A stretch of DNA of 64,000 bases from an uncultured Bacilli bacterium (GTDB lineage: Bacteria > Bacillota_I > Bacilli_A > RF39 > UBA660). The stretch covers positions 42,174-106,173 of the forward strand of contig CALVSW010000003.1 of the NCBI GenBank assembly GCA_944359625.1, given 5' to 3'. A model generated the notes under the pieces. It saw only the letters and a program-made list of their open reading frames with translations, was not told where the DNA came from and did not search any database. Below, piece by piece: positions 59,116 through 64,000 of the stretch (positions are counted from its first letter, which is position 1; each line of letters starts with the position of its first letter). A program made the position numbers and the translations under genes.

Positions 59116-59141
59116 CGATTTTGGTGCTAACACCAAAATCG
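59116..59141. promoter_or_regulatory. Perfect 11-bp inverted repeat (CGATTTTGGTG-CTAA-CACCAAAATCG) upstream of the WYL regulator gene: candidate operator or RNA hairpin
   Basis: Read directly from the sequence. It lies in a locally GC-richer 147-nt intergenic region, 73 nt before the regulator ATG. No T-run follows it. Confidence 0.4.
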
Positions 59142-59213
59142 TGGGAAATAACAATTAGGGACACAATAACCATCGCGAGGTCTTAATAGAGAGTTATAAA
59201 AGGAGAAGTAAAT

Positions 59214-59807
59214 ATGGGAAAAATATCCAATGCAATTCAAATGTTAAATTATTTAAATACTGGTAATAAATATACGGTGAAAGAATTATCTCGAAAATTA
59301 GGGATAACTGAGCGTATGGTTAGATATTATAAAAAAGAATTAGAAGAATCTGGTATTCCAATAGAAACTTTTATGGGACCTAATGGTGGATATTTTATTA
59401 TAAATAAGTATAATCAATATAATCAATTTAATAAGTATGATATTCAATTGTTAGAAAATATATATGAAATCTTAAAAGATAATAATTATCTTTATATTGA
59501 TAAATATAAAAAATTATTAGATAAAATCAAAACTACTAATGATATAAATGAAGAAAAAAGTAAGTATTTTTTTGCTAATAAAATTGAAGATAATTCAAAA
59601 GTATATTTTACTTTAAATGAAGCAATTGTTAATAATTCTAAAATAGCTATTTTATATAGAAATCTAAATCAAGAATGGCAAGAGAGAAATATTCATCCAA
59701 TACAAATTTTTAAATTTGATAATAGATTTTATGTTACAGCTTATTGTGAGTTAAGAAATGATATAAGACATTTTGAATTTAATAGGATAAAAATAAAAGA
59801 AAAATAA
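59214..59807 (+). CDS. HTH + WYL-domain transcriptional regulator
   Basis: N-terminal HTH_11-like IQMLNYLNTGNKYTVKELSRKLGITERMVRYYKKELEESGIPIE. C-terminal WYL-like ILYRNLNQEWQERNIHPIQIFKFDNRFYVTAYCELRNDIRHFEFNRI. Confidence 0.75.
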   Translation: MGKISNAIQMLNYLNTGNKYTVKELSRKLGITERMVRYYKKELEESGIPIETFMGPNGGYFIINKYNQYNQFNKYDIQLLENIYEILKDNNYLYIDKYKKLLDKIKTTNDINEEKSKYFFANKIEDNSKVYFTLNEAIVNNSKIAILYRNLNQEWQERNIHPIQIFKFDNRFYVTAYCELRNDIRHFEFNRIKIKEK

Positions 59808-59832
59808 TAAAGACATAATACTTCCTATATAT

Positions 59833-59842
59833 GTGCTATAAT
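59833..59842 (+). promoter_or_regulatory. Extended -10 promoter element TGcTATAAT for the HAD/PRTase/kinase operon
   Basis: TG at 59834-59835 and TATAAT at 59837-59842, 22 nt before the ATG at 59865, which has a GAGGTGA RBS. Confidence 0.45.
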
Positions 59843-59864
59843 ATGAAATATAAGAGGTGATATT

Positions 59865-60344
59865 ATGTTTGAACGTCCAATTTTTATTGATTTTGATGGT
59901 GTTATATTTGATACTGAAAAGAGGGTAATTCAACAAAAAGAACAATTACCAAAAATAAGTTGGGAAGAATTTTTTGCAACACTAGATTGGTTTAAATTAT
60001 TAGAGGAATCAAAAGTAATAAATAATGCTGTTGATTATATATTAGAAGGGCAGGAAAAAAACAAAAAAATTGCTATTTTAACAAAAATACATACTTTACT
60101 TGAAATGCAGGCTAAAGTTAATAAACTTCGCAACTGTAATATTAATGTACCTATATTATTTGTACCACCACATGTTAAAAAAACTTCAATTTATTTACCA
60201 CATAATGGAGAAATATTAGTTGATGATAGTATAAAAAACCTGAAGGATTGGAAAGAGCATGGTGGCGTTGGAATACATTTTGATGAGAGTTTAAATTTTG
60301 ATTCTGAATTTCAAACAATAAATGTATTAAAAAAAGTTTTATAA
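59865..60344 (+). CDS. Small HAD-superfamily hydrolase (5'-nucleotidase/deoxyribonucleotidase-like)
   Basis: Motif I FIDFDGVIFDT (DxDG) and motif IV-like ILVDDS. 159 aa with a minimal cap. Confidence 0.6.
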   Translation: MFERPIFIDFDGVIFDTEKRVIQQKEQLPKISWEEFFATLDWFKLLEESKVINNAVDYILEGQEKNKKIAILTKIHTLLEMQAKVNKLRNCNINVPILFVPPHVKKTSIYLPHNGEILVDDSIKNLKDWKEHGGVGIHFDESLNFDSEFQTINVLKKVL

Positions 60345-60355
60345 GAGGTGTTATT

Positions 60356-62692
60356 ATGATGGATGAAATATTATTAGAAAATTATCATAATGCCCTAGAA
60401 CAAAAGTATAATGCAATTTGTTTTGATATTGATGGTACATTAACTGAAAAAAATTCTACTAAATTAGATAAACGTATTTTGCCTTTTATTGCTAATTTAT
60501 TAAGCAGGCATGTACCTATTGTTTTTATTACAGGAAGAGGAGAAACTGGATTACTTGATTTAAAAAAACAAATTATTAACGGCTTAAAAGACAATTATGA
60601 TATTAGTAATTATGATTTATCAAAATTATATGCACTTACCAATGATGGAGCAAGACTGTTTTTAACAACTGCTGCTAGTAATGACATTTTTAATGTTAGT
60701 AAATATATTGCATCTTCTATAGATTTACAAAAATTGAAATATTTAGATAAGGAATTAAGGAAAAAATTAGAAGAAAAAGAGTTATTAAAATATTGTAAAG
60801 TAACTTATTCTAAGGACGAAAAATTAAATTTTATAGTTAATATAAGAATTGCCACGACTACTAATAACGAAAATATAAACAATAGTGTATTAGAAATTAT
60901 TAATGAGTTGATTGCTAATTCTGAATCAAAAAATATTAATTTAACAATAGGTGTTTATAATGGAAATAAAATATTTCAAGTAGGAACAACTATTAAGAGC
61001 AACGCTATACAGGTAGCAGAAAAAATTATTGGTATACCACAAAATTCAATGATGAGGATCGGAGATTGTGGCGATGAGTTGGGGAATGATTATAGTATGT
61101 TAAATTGTTCTCAAGGATTTAGTGTTGATAAAACAAGTAGTGAAACTGATAAATGTTTTCCCATTTTAGATGATAATAATAGAATATTAAAAGGTGTAGA
61201 TGCAACTTTATTTTTGTTGAATAAAGCTAAATTATTACCAACAATTTGTTTAGAACATGCTACGGAAACTAATTATACTAAGGCATATGCTAAAGTAGAA
61301 AGACAAATGAATTATTGTAAAAACAAAAGAATAATGGTTTTTAATGAAATTATAAATAACAAATTTCAATTAGTAGATGGAATATATGGATTATACGATA
61401 AGTCGAGTGGCAGTATAAAGATTCCTATGTATGATTGGATTAGTATTGATAATGATAACCCTTTAAAACAATTTTGGAGTAAACATTCTTTTTTGAAAAT
61501 GAAATATGCAATGTGTGATAATGAGAATATTTTGTTAAGAGGTTCACAAGTATATTATTATTTTCTATCTAATCGTTATCACGATGAAATAACTAGAAAT
61601 GATGTAACTTCAAAAGACATGGTGAATATATGGTTAAATAACAATAAAACATTTTTTATGGATGCTATAGAAGCTATAAGTAAAACAAACGATTTAAATA
61701 GTTTAAATAATTCTAAAATGGTTTTAGGAGTACTTGACAACATACGAAATGAACTGCTAATTTTATTAAATCAACAAGTAATTAAAAGTAGTAAAAATCA
61801 AACATTATATCTTAATTTAGAAAAAATTGATAAAAATACATTGGTGTATAAAATATATAAAACTTTATTAGGTGTAATTAAATTGATGCAGTATATTTCT
61901 TTTAACGATAGTTATTTAATTGACAGTAATGAATTATATTGCGTATTAAATAATGCAATTATAGTTACAAATGAATTTCAATCAATGTTTTCACAAGAAA
62001 ATACAAATGATAATTATTCAAAAGAATTTAGAGCATACAGAGAAATTGATAATTTTGCTGAAAACTTCATTACTTGTTATTTAACATACAAAAATGATAG
62101 TGCCATATCTGATAAAGGAATATGTGGCCTATCATACGGAGGAATTGAACTTCCTATTATATTAAAATCTATAAATAATGCTATGAGCGATGTATCAATT
62201 TTAAAATTTAACAAAAATGCAAGCGGATATTCCAAAAAACAGTCAATTGATTTAAGATTTTTTGATATATCAAAATCAGGTGGAATTATGCAAGTTGGCA
62301 TTGACAAAAATAAGAAGTATATCTTAGTTGATGATAATTTGCTGACTGGTAAAACGATGCAACTTGCCTTGACTACTTTATATGACATTGGAATAGATGT
62401 TGACAAAATAGTTGTTGTTAGATATCCAGGTGTTAATAGAATTAGTCAAATGTTTATGAATAATCATGGAGCTATAGACTATAGACTTTTTTTCAATTTT
62501 ATTCAAGGATTATATTTTCCTAGTCCATATAGTTGGAGAGACCCTAATAGTTTAAATCCTTATGAAGATTCTTTAGGTATTTTTGATTTAAATCGTAGGA
62601 AAATAATTGAATGTTTAGCAAAAAATGGCGATTATTATGAAAAAAGTGAAGTAGTATATGTAAAAAGGATGGTAAAACGTGAAAATAATTAG
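60356..62692 (+). CDS. Fusion protein: N-terminal Cof-type HAD-IIB phosphatase + about 300-aa unassigned helical region + C-terminal type I phosphoribosyltransferase domain
   Basis: AICFDIDGTLT, FITGRG and GDCGDELGNDYSML are HAD motifs I, II and IV. KYILVDDNLLTGKTMQLA is the PRPP-binding loop of type I PRTases. 778 aa. Confidence 0.7.
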   Translation: MMDEILLENYHNALEQKYNAICFDIDGTLTEKNSTKLDKRILPFIANLLSRHVPIVFITGRGETGLLDLKKQIINGLKDNYDISNYDLSKLYALTNDGARLFLTTAASNDIFNVSKYIASSIDLQKLKYLDKELRKKLEEKELLKYCKVTYSKDEKLNFIVNIRIATTTNNENINNSVLEIINELIANSESKNINLTIGVYNGNKIFQVGTTIKSNAIQVAEKIIGIPQNSMMRIGDCGDELGNDYSMLNCSQGFSVDKTSSETDKCFPILDDNNRILKGVDATLFLLNKAKLLPTICLEHATETNYTKAYAKVERQMNYCKNKRIMVFNEIINNKFQLVDGIYGLYDKSSGSIKIPMYDWISIDNDNPLKQFWSKHSFLKMKYAMCDNENILLRGSQVYYYFLSNRYHDEITRNDVTSKDMVNIWLNNNKTFFMDAIEAISKTNDLNSLNNSKMVLGVLDNIRNELLILLNQQVIKSSKNQTLYLNLEKIDKNTLVYKIYKTLLGVIKLMQYISFNDSYLIDSNELYCVLNNAIIVTNEFQSMFSQENTNDNYSKEFRAYREIDNFAENFITCYLTYKNDSAISDKGICGLSYGGIELPIILKSINNAMSDVSILKFNKNASGYSKKQSIDLRFFDISKSGGIMQVGIDKNKKYILVDDNLLTGKTMQLALTTLYDIGIDVDKIVVVRYPGVNRISQMFMNNHGAIDYRLFFNFIQGLYFPSPYSWRDPNSLNPYEDSLGIFDLNRRKIIECLAKNGDYYEKSEVVYVKRMVKRENN

Positions 62693-64000
62693 TATAGGTG
62701 ATTTAGTAACAGATTTTTATTATAAAAATGAAAAGTTAATTGGGGTTAATGGTGGGATGACGTCTCATAATATAATTGCTAATATTAGTCAAATGGGAAT
62801 AAAAACTTCAGTATGTGGAGTTTGTGGTGATGATGCAGCAGGGAATATTGCAATAAAAAGTTTATCAGATTTAGGTGTTGAAACTAACTATGTACATGTT
62901 ATAAAAAATTTGAAGACAAGATGTTTTCATGTTTCTTATTCAACAATTAGTGATAAATTGGAGTTTAAATCAAAAAAGAGATGCCCTATGTGCAATCAAA
63001 AAAAATGGTATGAAGAAAGTAATATTAATCCAAATGAAATAATGTCTGTTATAGCTAAAGATGATGTATTAGTATTTGATAATTTAAATGAAAAAAATCA
63101 AATCATTATAAATAATACTAAAAATAGAAAAATGTTAGATTTGGGTCAATATTTTGAACTAGATAATTATACTAATGAAGAAATGATAGAAAAATTAGGA
63201 GATAAATTTGATTTTATAAACTTAAACGAGCGAGTAGAAAAATATTTAAAAAATAGATTTTCTATGGAATCATTGGAAGATATATATAATTTATTGCATC
63301 CTAAAATGATAATTGTTACTAGGGGAAAAAAGGGTTCAGATTTTGTTTTTAATTATAATACAGTCAATAAAGAGTTAAATAAGCCTTCAATAGAAGTTGA
63401 TCCAACAGGTGCTGGTGATGCGTTTTTTGGAATGTTTATTAGTGAGTATGTAAAAAATAATTATATTATTGATTGTAAATTTATAGATATAACTTTTGAA
63501 AAAGCTACAAAATTAACAAGTAAAGTTGTAAAAAAATTTGGTGCTAGAGGTCATATACAATCATTGTATAAAATTAAAAGGATAAAAAATTTTTGTTCAT
63601 GTGAAAATTTTGAAGTTTCAGTAAGAAAAAAAATAAAACGATGCAACATAAATATTAATAATTTAGAAAAAAGGATAATAAATGCTATTAATAGTAATGC
63701 TTATGAAAAATTAAAAACTATTAATTTTTCTAATAGAAAGAATTATCTTTTTGTAGGTACAGGCGGGTCCTTCGCTGGAGCAAAATTTTCTGCAAAAATT
63801 ATTAACAATTTATATGGTTCAAATACAATAACTTTATTACCTAGAAATGTATATTATAGAAATAATGATAATATTGATAATGTATTTTTATTTACATATT
63901 CTGGTACTACAAATGATTTGCTTGTAGGAACTTCTTTATTAGATAATGATAAAAAGTTTATTATCACAAAAGGTGAAATTCAAAATGTAGTAACAAAGAC
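62679..64000 (+). CDS. Fusion protein: PfkB-family sugar/nucleoside kinase + SIS (sugar isomerase)-like domain; 3' end beyond window
   Basis: Not in ORF track because it is open to the window end. The GTG at 62679 follows AAGGATGG and overlaps the upstream stop. MKIISIGDLVTDFYY...GVCGDDAAGN...DPTGAGDAFFG are PfkB signatures. A later FVGTGGSFAGAKFSAKI is a SIS-like P-loop. Cys pairs RCPMC and CSC..C are present. Confidence 0.7.
   Translation, partial: MKIISIGDLVTDFYYKNEKLIGVNGGMTSHNIIANISQMGIKTSVCGVCGDDAAGNIAIKSLSDLGVETNYVHVIKNLKTRCFHVSYSTISDKLEFKSKKRCPMCNQKKWYEESNINPNEIMSVIAKDDVLVFDNLNEKNQIIINNTKNRKMLDLGQYFELDNYTNEEMIEKLGDKFDFINLNERVEKYLKNRFSMESLEDIYNLLHPKMIIVTRGKKGSDFVFNYNTVNKELNKPSIEVDPTGAGDAFFGMFISEYVKNNYIIDCKFIDITFEKATKLTSKVVKKFGARGHIQSLYKIKRIKNFCSCENFEVSVRKKIKRCNININNLEKRIINAINSNAYEKLKTINFSNRKNYLFVGTGGSFAGAKFSAKIINNLYGSNTITLLPRNVYYRNNDNIDNVFLFTYSGTTNDLLVGTSLLDNDKKFIITKGEIQNVVTK

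Overview
Very AT-rich window (about 25% GC by eye) from a spore-forming Bacillota genome. It has spoIIR, spoIID, cwlD and cotJ genes plus an RNA polymerase delta subunit (rpoE), which suggests a Bacilli- or Erysipelotrichia-like lineage. TGA is used as a stop codon, so the standard code 11 applies. A conserved housekeeping and sporulation backbone (PBP, argS, rpoE, prfA, prmC, spoIIR, murA, rpmE, rpiB, spoIID, hpf, carD-like; later a Ca-ATPase, cotJ, rplM-rpsI-cwlD, htrA) is interrupted by three accessory regions. (1) About 14.1-35.0 kb: a complete four-gene Wadjet (jetABCD, TIGR02677-02680 type) operon, several disrupted genes, and a putative integrative mobilizable element. That element carries a large serine recombinase, a MobV relaxase with an oriT-like region, a C5-methyltransferase/restriction pair, an ASCH protein and a 584-aa DUF4365 protein, and it ends next to an unusual tRNA-Gly(CCC). 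(2) About 45.1 kb: a single Abi_2 abortive-infection gene inserted between cwlD and htrA. (3) About 50.4-64 kb: a truncated amidase gene, then a second serine-recombinase element with an AbiE toxin-antitoxin pair, a pRiA4b-ORF3-like protein and several decayed genes, then dinD. Last comes an enzyme cassette headed by a WYL regulator (HAD, HAD-PRTase fusion, PfkB-SIS fusion) that runs off the window end. This cassette is the best candidate here for an undescribed system. No CRISPR array, rRNA or obvious prophage structural module was seen. All family assignments come from motifs I recognised by eye, not from database searches.
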